Shown here: positions 24,743 through 36,682 of the stretch, piece after piece
Layout of the letters: each line of letters starts with the position of its first letter
Numbering within the stretch: position 1 is the stretch's first letter
Assembly: GCF_964204645.1 (NCBI RefSeq)
Contig: NC_134031.1
Coordinates: 16,169,807-16,233,806 of the forward strand
Origin: Tubulanus polymorphus
Taxonomy: Eukaryota; Animalia; Nemertea
Direction of reading: 5' to 3'
Length of the DNA: 64,000 bases
Position numbers and translations under genes: made by a program
The notes under the pieces: generated by a model
Told to the model about the DNA's origin: nothing
What the model saw: only the letters and a program-made list of their open reading frames with translations
The model's database searches: none

Positions 24743-27152
24743 ATGAAGCCTCGGTGGGTAAAGATGTCGTTGAATGTCATAATAATAATAACAATATCGT
24801 GCGCGATTATTCCGTCTTCATTGCAGTCCGAATTTGTGCGAATAAATCAACATTTTGGAGGTGTATCCAATTTTGCGATGAAAGGCCCGTATCTAACGGA
24901 ATATAAAAACCTAGCCCCGTTAAACTGTGTCCGCAGTTGTATGGATAAATCGGACTGTTCATCATTTAATTACAACGAGAATTTGTGTCAGTTGAGTTCA
25001 GAACTACCAACGGATGCTTTGGATCTTGAAATAGCGGACGGTAATGTGTTTCAATATAAAGTAAGTATCGACGCAATGTAGTCAAATACTTTAAAACTTA
25101 TACAAATGAATACAAACTGTACACAAGAAAATATAAAATTAACACTATAATAATCATACGTGTGTTATTCGCCATCCAAGGGCAACCATAATGGCCCCAT
25201 GCGTGATTTTTAGATTCTTGTATACAACCAAATTGGCAAGCTAGCCAAAAATTCATGTTTGTTGCGGTTCTGATGCTTTCTGGTTTTCTGCGGTTCTGGT
25301 TTTTTCCTGAACATATATCCTTAGAAGTCCATATATTTGGATTATCACGTGCCTTATTATGTGATAATGTTTGATTCGAGTTAAGAAAAACTGCCGCGTA
25401 ACAATAAATACGTGCATGACACGTTACCTTTTTAAGACACTGCGCGATCGCAAAAAATCTTAGAAGCTAAATGACTCAACATCTACTCCAATTCTTCAAG
25501 TTTTTAGACTATCAAAAATGGATTTGATTGAAGATCGAAAACTAATATATCGGGCTTCGTTACGCTATTTTTCAGTGCAATGGTGACATTTACTGCAGAC
25601 GATTCGGTAAGTTAGTGCATAACTCATAACCATCAGCACGCTCTTCAAAATATATACGGCAACTTATACTATTCAACTAAACATTAATTTTGGTTTAAGG
25701 AATTTACCCTACACATGTGGAACAAAACAAATTGAGCTATGAAATAAGGTTACTTGATAAAACGTATACAAGTACTTTACTCGTCACACTCATAATTCTG
25801 CATTATTTAAACGACTGATATAGTGTTTCTTTCTATCCACGTGTTTGTGGACTCTTGACATTCTACAATCACGATAATCATTACTGAAACAGGAAAATTG
25901 ATTTTCGTTAACCATTTCTACTCCTATAACTGTCTACTTTTCCAACGTGAGTTTAAAAAGAAACATCTACAACAACTTACATGCATTTCGGTGCCGTGTG
26001 CGGCGGGCTTTAGCAGACGATTAGATTCAAAATGTTTCGTATTTTAAGATCGCATTTTTGTAATTTTAGATTTTCGTGTGTTTCCAAACCGTTGTAAACA
26101 TTTGGTTGCTAATGGTATCGCGGTTGATGGCGCTTATCAACTTTATTTGAACGGTATTTTTAACGAAAGCGTCGCAATTTATTGTTACAACATGTCGTCG
26201 AAAGCAGGACCTATAGAATATTTACCTTTGCCAGCTGGAAAAGACGCCAACTACGCGATTACATCGAAGCCGCACATACACCAAAATAAACGCACATACA
26301 ATATGTATTCGGAATCATACTTCAGTAAAATTCGCCTCAATCTTGACGTAAGTATAATGACAATGTTTTAAGGCATCTTTTGAACTGCCTTTGATGTGAA
26401 GATTTTAAAAGCTTTTCGATCATTGTCACACTTATTTTTTAGTTTCGTCTGATTATCTTATTTATCTTATTTATTTTATTTTTTCTAGGGCATTTTTAAT
26501 GTGTGTTGTTTATTCATTAATTCTATTAAAATTGCATATGAAAAATTAATCATCATCATCGTCGTCATCATCTATTGAGTCAAATGACTTTCTTCTCTAC
26601 AGACTTTTCATGTGGTAAGAAATGACTTCACATTCGCGGACACGTCAAAACGGTTACCAGTTCTTCCAACCAATTGGAAACCGACAAGTTACGGGGATGG
26701 CGGATCGTGCAGCAGAACGAATGGAGTTGTCCGTATCGACTTATCTGGAACAGGATTCCGTTTAGCTCCCGGTGTACGTTCTACGTTATCGTTTTAAAAT
26801 CAATACTTCGGTTTGTATCCGGCGTGTATCCGAGGGATGGATAAAAAACGATATGGATGTACATGACAGCTACATCAATTAGAAAAAAAAATTAATTGAA
26901 GAAAATAGTTCGGAAAATTAATATCGCATTTACAAGTTGAGAATAGCTCTTTTGCGAATACTTTTAGTTGGGTTGTTTTCTAAGATGACTTGGTTTGGAT
27001 TTTTGCAGATTGACTGGAGAGCTTATGGCTACGCTGGACGACTGACATACAAGAATATATCGACAGACCGTCAAAAAGTGACGGTTAAGTGCTATGGTTG
27101 GTGCGGAGGTTGTTCTCCGACCGGCGCCCTGAAACTCGATCGAATCCAATAA
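24743..27152 (+). CDS. PAN-GON gene A (intact): exons 24743-25060, 25576-25606, 26070-26347, 26603-26773, 27009-27152
   Basis: Signal peptide plus PAN (CVRSCMDKSDCSSFNYNENLCQLSS); microexon CNGDIYCRRF; GON-domain motifs PNRC..DGAY..IYCYNM..PIEYLPL..NYA..FSKIRL..DFTFA..YGDGGSC..IDLSGTGF..W..KCYGWCGGCSP..LKL. Confidence 0.85.
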
Positions 27153-27641
27153 AGTCCAAGCGAAGTGTTAATGATTACAAACTGTGTTACTAATTTTAGT
27201 ACTCTTCTAGAACTCTTAATCGATGCAAGCGAAAAAAATCTTTGATCGTCTGTTATAGCAACGTGTTTGTTTCATTTCAATCAGAACTAGTCAGTTATTT
27301 AATCATCGACATCGGTTAAACAGCCGTGATATAGGGTATTTAGGATCCTGCAACCAATCATCTGGCGCGGGCGCCGGAAAACCCTGTTAGTGCTAACCAT
27401 GGTAGACTAACAGTTTCCTGCACCTGCCCTTGTACTGTTACTAGGTGGTTTTCTGGGCAACTTAAATATGTCTGTATAAGAGTACATTTTCCGAAATCAA
27501 ACCCGTCATTTTCAGCGTTAATTTACCAGGATATGCTTCTCAGGAAATACTTACAGGAGACAACTCGACAGCAAAACACTGACACATACATCAGTGGGAA
27601 ACTTCACTGAACAACCATCATCATGCACAGCCATCATCAAC

Positions 27642-28765
27642 ATGATGCGAGCTTTTTCGTTCGCTGTCCTCTTTTCGTCGATTCGATGTGATTCTATTAA
27701 GATAGGTCAATATTTTGGAAGTTTATCAAATTTTGCAGTAGCTGGTCCATATTTGGGTGTATACGATCGAATTACGCCCATTGTACTGTATTTTAGTATA
27801 AAGTAAGTAGTTGTAAGTTTCAAGGCTAGTTTATTGCTCCAAAATAGATACATAATTTTTCCCAGCATAACAAAATTGTATTTATATAAATATCGTAGCT
27901 GGCAAATTTGTACATAATGATAGCCCTAACAGCCGGGTGGCATTCGTTTATGAATTAAGATAGCTGAATGTAATGTAAGTTTTCATTGTTGAGTAAGTTA
28001 AAATGATTTGCACCAATTTTATAGCATATTAATCGTCCCTTTCGTTAGGCCGTTGACTCTTCGGTTTAGAATCCATGTTTAGGCCTATATATTCACAGGG
28101 ACTCGTATTTGTTTGTGGTGAACTGTAGCTTAGATCATCCAGCATCCCTGGTACTATTATTTTCATACCAGGGATACAGGGCGATCTAAGCTACAGTTCA
28201 CCCCCAAACTTCAAATACGAGCCCCTGTGTATATATTCGGATGTTACTGCTGGTGACATCGCTATGGTCGTTTTGTACTTTTATCTTTAGTTTAACTGAG
28301 CCATCATTATGATAATTGGAAATATGATGCAATTAAAAATTTGTGAGTGGCTTCATTTTTGTAGATATTCGCCTGTTTCCGAAGCGTTGTAAACATTTAG
28401 TTGCTAATGGTATCACGGTGGATGACACTTTATCAACTTTATTTGAACGGTGTTTTCAATGAAAGCGTCGCCATTTATTGTTACAACATGTCGTCGTAAG
28501 CAGGACCTAAAGAATATCCAACTCTGCACAGCTGGAAAAGACGCCAACTTCAGGATAACTTCAAAATCACATGAAACCAGTAAAATCCGCCTGAATCTTG
28601 ACGTGAGTGAAAATTCTATAAGTATGCTTAAGTGAGCTTAATTATCTGATTTTCATATTGTTCTATGAAGTGAACCTTTTAACTTGAACATCAAACCGGT
28701 TCATACATTCCAGACTTCACAGGTTGGTCGAGATGATTTCACGTTCGCGGACACATCAAAATGGA
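27642..28765 (+). pseudogene. PAN-GON pseudogene B
   Basis: Exon 1 lacks the PAN cysteine core; exon 3 (from 28365) is frameshifted; exon 4 is truncated at about 28765. Confidence 0.8.
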
Positions 28766-28774
28766 ACTTTCAAA

Positions 28775-30700
28775 GTAGAATTTTCGCATTCGGGTGTCGA
28801 GTTTAATCCTCCAATGTTCTGTCACCCATTCACTTCGTGCCTTAACACACATTCTTGAGCCATAAGTATTAGGACACAGCGGAAATAGTTGTAAGTTTTC
28901 ACAAATTAGTTATTTATCTTATTTCAGTTTGATAAAGTCTAATTTCACGTCCTACATGTGCCCCGCTTTCTTGCGTTTAGGCGTTTCTTTGGCATGATAT
29001 TTGGTCTAGTCTATTTCATATATCTGCAGTAGATTTCATATGCTTATAATTTGCTGTAAATTTTGCATACAACGAAATGGAAATATGAATTTTGTCTGTA
29101 ATTAATAAAATCTGGAGTTATCTGGTTACGTAACTATTTTGTTATGAAATGCGTTCTTATTATTGCTGTTTTTGTAATTTTGTAGTCAACTACTTTCGAC
29201 GTTCGATTTCTAGATTCATTAAACAGGTCCGTTAACTAACCACCGCTGTTGTTTGTCTGTCTGGTTTGTCGTTCGTTCGTCGTCGGTGTTGTTTGGTTCG
29301 TCCCATATCGGTAGAGACCTCGATCATATTTTCGAATGCAAAAACGCGTTCGATGCCAATCTCAGAAAAATCCCATCCCCTCCTATATATACATCAATGA
29401 ATCATCAAATATGCAAACGACTCTTACACGATACAAAATTATCATAAACGGGAAAAATCAATAATATTTCTTCGATAGTCGACGTTAGTTCGTGCAGAGA
29501 TGCCCCAACTGAAAAGATAAACAGTATTCGTATCCACCAGTGCTGGTAGTGGTAAACTTCGCCTTAGTTGAAACTCCTTCGTCTAAACAACAAAATGCGA
29601 GTTTTCGCTGTCATTTTACTCTTTTCGGCGATTCACTGTTCAGTTCCTAAGATAAGTCAACATTTCGGAGCGTCGTCGAATTCTGCAGTACGCGGGCCGT
29701 ATATTGCCGAGCACAGGAACATTTCCAACTTCGAATGCGTCACGAGATGTTTGAAAAGAAAAGTTTGTTTATCATTTAATGTTAATGAAACTTTGTGTCA
29801 GTTGAGTTCAAAATTACCAGATGGAGCCGTGGATTTGCGAGTAGAAGACGGTACTATATTTCAATTCAGGGTAAGTTATAAGAAAGCAAAATTCGTTTCT
29901 TGAATCAAAGACCAAATAGTTAATTTATCTAGTTTCATCTTTACGGCAAAGAAAGATATTATTTCCATCTTCTCACATTATCTTAATTTACAACTTAAAT
30001 GAATGTGCAGCTTTTATTCAGGTAGACCATTTTGTTTTACAATTTTGTTTGGTTTTGCTGTTAAGCAATGCGAATCAGTTAAACGGGATTCTAACGGACT
30101 TGAATTGAAGATTTGAAGGATTCGAAGAGCGAAATCTACGTAGATTTCTCTTTTTTGCTATTACGGTTGAATACGATTTTTTCAACTCATTTCAGTGTGC
30201 TGGTGATATATATTGTAACCGATATGGTAAGTGTGCTTTGTCATCTTTTCAAAGCCTTGATATGCACAAACCTCTATTTACTGATGAGGAAAAAACAAAC
30301 AGCAATGTGAATTATTCTAACGCCAGTCGAGTTCGGGTTTTCGGATAAGTAGGTTTCGTGATTTCGAGTGGCAACCGCGGTATTCTTATGAATTTCCCTT
30401 CTGGCTATCATATATTGGTTAAAACAATGTCCTAAAATGCGTGCTCATTCAGTCCCAACCAACGGATGAAAAGGTTTTGCATCAATTGGTGTGGGAGGCA
30501 TTCTCAGCATCGCCTTCTCGTTGTTGCGAGAAGTGAAATCAAGAATCCACATTATAGAATAGGATAAACCAGAAATATTGTACAATTTGAATTTAGAGTC
30601 GAATATCAGTTGTTCAAAACTGGGTTTTTTTTTGGCTTTGCATGTAGTTTTATTCACGATTTAACTGAACCATAATTGGAATAATTAGAAATATGATGAA
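28775..30700 (+). repeat. Segmental duplication unit; the partner copy at about 35039-39250 is expanded by insertions
   Basis: Near-identical intergenic, exon-1, intron and microexon sequence. Confidence 0.9.
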
Positions 30701-32768
30701 ATTTACAATTTGAATTTAGATAGTGAGTGGCTTTATTTTTGTAGATATTCATGTCTTTCCAAACCGTTGTAAACATTTGGTTGCTAATGGTATCGCGGTT
30801 GATGGCACTTATCAACTTTATTTGAACGGTATTTTCAACGAAAGCGTCGCCATTTATTGTTACAACATGTCGTCGAAAGCCGGACCTAAAGAATATCTAA
30901 GTCTGCCAGCTGGAAAAGGCGCTAACTACGCGATGATATCGAAGCCAAACATAAACAAAAATCAACTTACAAACCATATGTATTCGGAATCTTACTTCAG
31001 TAAAATCCGCATCAATCTTGACGTAAGTAGATAAAGTTTACAAAACGATTGTAATGAAAACATTGAATGAAAAACCCTTTCATATGATCGGTTTCTGTGA
31101 TTGTGAATGAGTTGATCATACGAATCAATATCAATCAGAAACCATACCTAATTCCACCTTTGTCTAAAAGAATTGTTGAAAGTTGAAACTTTATTTGAAC
31201 GTAATTTTTGACAAAAGCTTCGCCATTTATTGTTACAACATGTCGGATTGTTACGCCATTTATTGTTACAACAAAGGAGGACCTCAATACGGAAGCGATA
31301 AGGGGCCTCGAGATGTCGCGTTCCAACTCGACTAGTCGTCATATTTATGTCGACATACCGCGATATATCGCGTCACGTCGACATGAATATGTCGATATAT
31401 CGTGACGTTTTCACTACAAATTTCGCTTTTTCGCCCATTTTCCACGGGACAAACCGTCATTTGAAGACATGTCTAAATGTAAGATGAGGACACCAGTAAT
31501 ATGACGACTGAGTTTCAAGTCGTCGTGAATATGTCGACTTGTCGCGAGGAAAGTGGTCGAGAAAGCGAAATTTGTCGTGAAAACGTCACGATATGACGAC
31601 ATATTCATGTCGACTTGACACGATATATCACGATATGTCGACATAAATATGGCGACTTGACGAGTTGGAACACGACAACTCGAGGCCCCTTATCGCTTCC
31701 GTACCTAAAGAATATCTAACTCTGCCAACTTGAAAAGACGCAAACTTAAGGATATATTCAAAACCACATAAACACGTTGATAAGACAAATACAAATGACA
31801 AATATTCTGAGACATAAATATGGCGACTTGTCGAGTTTGAATGCGACATCTCGAGGCCCTTTATTTTTTTTTAATATGTCGACTTGTCGCGAGGAAAGTG
31901 GTCGAAAAAATGAAATATGTCGTCAAAACGTCACGATATGTCGACATATTCATGTCGACCTGACGCGATATATCGCGATATGTCGACATAAATATACGGA
32001 AGCGATAAAGGGCCTCGAGATGTCGCGTTCCAACTCGACAAGTCGTCATATTTATGTCCATATATCGCGATATATCGCGTCAAGTCGACATGAATATGTC
32101 GACATATCGTGACGTTTTGACGACATATTGCGTTTTTGCGACCATTTTCCTCGCGACAAGTCGACATATTCATGACGACTTGAAACCCAGTCGTCATATT
32201 AGTGGCGTCCTCATATTACATTTAGACGTGTCTTCAAATGACGGTTTGTCCCGTAGAAAATGGGCGAAAAAGCGAAATTTGTCGTGAAAACGTCACGATA
32301 TGGCGACATATTCATGTCGACTTGACGCGATATATCGCGATATGTCGACATAAATATGACGACTTGTCGAGTTGGAACGCGACATCTCGAGGCCCCTTAT
32401 CGCTTCCGTATAAATATGGCTACTTGTCGAGTTGGAACGCGACAACTCGAGGCCCTTTATCGCTTCCGTAGTTTTGGTATTTCTAACCTTATCTTACTAT
32501 CCCGATAAAACTTTTATCGGGATAGTAAGCAGCAGGAAGCCCCTAAGTAGTTGCTTAATTTCACGAGATGTTTGATTTCTAACTACACTTTGCTGACATT
32601 GATAACGTATACCTATTTTAGGTTGACTGGGTACTCCTGGGACACAAGCCTCTTATGAACAACAAACACATAGCAAAGGATCGCCGGAAAGTTGTCATTA
32701 AATGTCATGGATTATGTGGATTCTGCGCCCCGATTCGACGTGTTATAAAGCTCGAACGTGTCCGTTAA
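29595..32768 (+). CDS. PAN-GON gene C: exons 29595-29870, 30196-30226, 30745-31022, 32622-32768; exon 4 not found, possibly a pseudogene
   Basis: Four exons have open frames and GT-AG sites. The interval 31023-32621 holds a decayed second copy of exon 3 and MITEs but no DFTFADT exon. Confidence 0.65.
31288..32470. mobile_element. 416-bp MITE family (TACGGAAGCGATAAGGGGCCTCGAG...CTCGAGGCCCCTTATCGCTTCCGTA), IS3EU-like: copy 31288-31703, plus copy 31995-32410 nested in a partial copy ending at 32470
   Basis: Long TIRs; 6-bp TSDs CCTCAA/CCTAAA and TAAATA/TAAATA. Confidence 0.85.
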
Positions 32769-32891
32769 TCCCTAGAAATTCAAGGATTTGCCCATTTAAT
32801 TGGGGGAGGGGGTTACTGAATTTTGGTACAAAGTGGTACATGGGGGATGGGGGTCAGCAAAAAATGTACGTACTTTGAGGGAGGGGGTATT

Positions 32892-33676
32892 TATGGTGGC
32901 TGATTCAGGTCATGTAATAAAAAAATCATAAACGTTACAAATTTTTTTTTGCTGACGCTTAAAAGTCGTTTTATTGCGCAATAAAACGAGAAAAAGTCGT
33001 TTTATCGCGCGATAAATCGAACTTTTTCGTTTTATTGCCACGTTAAAACGAAAAATAGCGCGATAAAACGAAAATTTAACGCAATGAAATGATTTTTTAT
33101 TCGTTTTACATCGTGATAAAACGAAAGAACAAATTCCGTTTTCTCCATTTTTCGTTTTAACGTGGCAATAAAACGAAAAAGTTCGTTTTATCGCGCTATA
33201 AAACGACTTTTTCTCGTTTTATCGCGCAGTAAAACGACTTTTTCTCGTTTTAACCCGGTAATTTTCGTTTTATCGCGCTATTTTTCGTTTAAACGTGGCA
33301 ATAAAACGAAAAAGTTCGTTTTATCGCGCAATAGAACGACTTTTTCTCGTTTTAACGCGGTAATTTTCGTTTTATCGCGCCATTTTTCGTTTTAACGTGG
33401 CAATAAAACGAAAAAGTTCGTTTTATCGCGCGATAAAACGACTTTTTCTCGTTTTATCGCGCAGTAAAACGACTTTTTCTCGTTTTAACCCGGTAATTTT
33501 CGTTTTATCGCGCCATTTTTCGTTTTAACGTGGCAATAAAACGAAAAAGTTCGTTTTATCGCGCGATAAAACGACTTTTTCTCGTTGAATTGCGCGATAA
33601 AACGACTTTTAGGCGTCTGTAAAAAAAAATTGCATCATTTGTGATTTTTTTTACATGGCCCGAATCAGCCACCATA
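32892..33676. mobile_element. Second IS3EU-like non-autonomous element (TATGGTGGCTGATTC...GAATCAGCCACCATA) with internal tandem/inverted subrepeats, nested in an older MITE (about 32780-34000)
   Basis: Perfect 6-bp TSD GGTATT on both sides; TAT..ATA termini. Confidence 0.8.
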
Positions 33677-34052
33677 GGTATTAATCAATCTTGGTACGTA
33701 CTTTATGCACCAAAACTCAAATGAAAATAGCCGATACTGGTGTTTTACTGGTGTTTTTCAACTGGGAATTCCCCATACCAGGTACCGGTATCGATCTTAT
33801 ACACGCACTTGTTGGAATCAGGTATTTATATTTTTTTTGTATTTTGTTTTTATTTGTGTTCTTTGCATCAATATAATTTGGGGGGTGGCCATGGTACGTA
33901 CCTATGAGGGGGTCAGTGTATTTGGTACAAAGGTGGTACAAGGGGGAGGGGAGTCAGAAAAACGGGAGATTTTGAGGTACGTAATTTCTGAACGCTCCCT
34001 TATCGCATCTTAACTTACTTTTTGGAACCACGTCTTACTGGAATACGGGTCA

Positions 34053-34985
34053 TAATACCTCCGCCCAAAATACCTCCACCCAAATATCCCACACCCAGAA
34101 TCCCTCCGCCCAGAATACCCTCATATGTGTCCAAAATACCTCCCGGCCTTGATCCAGTGGGTTTATGCCTGAAGGACAAAAATTAGGAACGTATTAGTGA
34201 TACAATTTTTAGAAGGAATGTTTGGTCCCCCCGAAGTAAAAATTTGCAGGCCATACTCATTGTTGAAATAAACCAAAGTTCTATAGTTTAAAAGTAGTTA
34301 ATTGGGCAAAACAAAGTAAAACGTTAATTTCAGTATATTGTTAGAAGAACATTGTTGCAGTTGAATGGAAATGAACTGAATTCAGTGTGTATACCGCAAT
34401 TCAGTACATTGTTTTCTTAGAATATAGGACTAATTAATATTATATAATCTAAATATTGAGATGGAAAGATACATAATATCCGTGTATGATGATAACAAGA
34501 GAAATCCCACAATAATGAAGCCAATGATGAAAAGTTTTTATATCAAAATGATTATATTCAAGAGCAACGTTTCGGCTAAATGCTTTAAGCCATCATCAGG
34601 CGTCAATCTAAGTATTGATTTGTTTCCTATATTGTTTCCAGAGAAATCTAGTATTAGATTTAAGACATATGATAAACTAATTAATATTCTATAATCCAGA
34701 TCTCGTTGTTTGTACAAATCAAAGAGGAATGATTATACAGTTAATATCCAACAACACGTGAACTGGATTCACTGGATTCTCTAGAAACTGTACCGTATTA
34801 TACCGTAGTACATTATGGTCCTATACATGTAAAAATATAGTCGATATTGGTGGTACTTTATACATCTAAACAATAGAATTATAGTATCTTTTCTTAAATT
34901 CTGGGTGGAGGTATTTTGGACACATATGAGGGTATTCTGGGTGGAGGGATTCTTCTGGGTGTGGGATATTTGGGCGGCGGTATTG
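34053..34985. mobile_element. Foldback/MITE with roughly 90-bp TIRs (AATACCTCC..CCCAGAATACCCTCATATGTGTCCAAAATACCTCC)
   Basis: Inverted copies at about 34053-34145 and about 34900-34985. Confidence 0.6.
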
Positions 34986-35705
34986 GACGTTTCCCCATTT
35001 CAACGAATCTTTTTTTGTTTCCAGACCGCTGGGTTTGAGTAGAATTTTCGCATTCGGGTGTCGAGTTTAATCCTCCAATGTTCTGTCACCCATTCACTTC
35101 TTGCCTTACGTACATTTTTGAGCCATAAGTATTATGACACAGCGGAAATAGTTGTAAGTTTTCACAAATTTGTTATTTCTCTTATTTCTGTATGATAAAC
35201 TGTAATTTCAACTCCTAAATGTAAACCTTTTATGCCGTTTTCTTGCGTTTAGGCGTTTCTTTGGCATGAAATTTGGTCTAGTTTGTTTTATATCTACCGT
35301 AAATTTAATGTGCTTGTAATCTGCTGTAAATTTTGCACACAACGAAATTGAAATAAGAATTTTGTCTGTAATTAATAATAGTCTGGAGTTATCTGGTTAC
35401 GTAACTATTTTGTTATGAAATACATTCTTATTATTGCCGTTTTTGTAATTTTGTGTAGTAGTCAACTACTTTCGACGTTCGATTTCTAGATTCATTAAAC
35501 AGGTCCGTTAACTAACCACCGCTGGTTGTTTGTCTGTCTGGTTTGTAGTTCGTTTGTCGTTGGTGTTGTTTGGTTCGTCCCATATCGGTGGAGACCTCGA
35601 TCATATTTTCGAATGCAAAAACGCGTTCGATGCCAATCTCAGAAAAATCCCATCCCCTCCTATATATACATCAATGAGTCATCAAATATGCAAGCCACTC
35701 TGGGC

Positions 35706-36530
35706 CACTTCAAGTCCAGTATAGCGTGGAATAGTTCCCCGCTCAAAGATACATTTTTAGAAAAGGAATAATTCGGCTTCGAAATACTTTTCAAGACAAA
35801 CCGACAAACCGACATACCGACAAACCGACGAACCGACATACTCGTAGTCCCTCGATCCAGCCACGGATAATCCACGGAAAAACCCTGTCCCTCGATCCTA
35901 GCCACATTTTATAAGGGTAATCCACGCAACCACGCCGCCCCTCGATCCTAGCCACTTTATATGAGGGCAATCGGCGGGTAATCCACCCATATACCCAGCC
36001 CCTCGATCCCAGCCACTTTATATAAGGGTAATCCATGCACCACACAGCCCCTCGATCTCAGCCAATTTATACAAGGGTAATCCAGGTATATACCCAGCCC
36101 CTCGATCCCAGCCACTTTATATAAGTGTAATCCACGCACGGATTTGTCGGTTCGTCGGTATGCCGGTTTTTCGGTTCGTCGGTTTTTCGGTATGTCGGTT
36201 TGTCGGTTCGTCGGTTTTTCGGTATGTCGGTTTGTCGGTTGGTCGGTTTGTCGGTTCGTCGGTTTGTCGGTATGTCGGTTTTTCAGTATGTCGGTTCGTC
36301 GGTTCGTCGGTTGGTCGGTTTGTCGGTATGTCGGTTCGTCGGTACGTCGGTTTGTCGGTTTGTCGGTTCGTCGGTTCGTCGGTTTGTCGGTATGTCGGTA
36401 TGTTCGCACGTCCCTATGGCGTAATGTCGTAAGATTCAACCAGTCCAATATTGGCGGATTAATTCCAAATACCAGTCCAATGTGATAAGTCTCTGCTGGA
36501 ACTATTTAATGCTATAATGGACTTGAGCCA
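35706..36530. mobile_element. Composite insertion (TIR CAAGTCCA.TATAGC...GCTATAATGGACTTG) containing CCCTCGATCC..GCCAC tandem repeats and a GTCGGTTT/GTCGGTAT minisatellite (36143-36400)
   Basis: Absent at the matching position (about 29420) of the duplicated segment. Confidence 0.7.
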
Positions 36531-36682
36531 TGACGTTCACACGATACAATATTATCATAGACGGGAAAAATCAATAATATTTCTTCGATAGTCGACGTTA
36601 GTTCGTGCAGAGATGCCCCAACTGAATGGATAAACAGTATTCGTATCCACCAGTGCGCTGGTAGTGGTAAACTTCGCCTTAG

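Noticed and set aside
35957-36485. Repetitive ORFs (TDKPTNRR / SVCRFVG)
   Set aside because: Read-through of a 4/8/12-bp-period minisatellite inside an insertion
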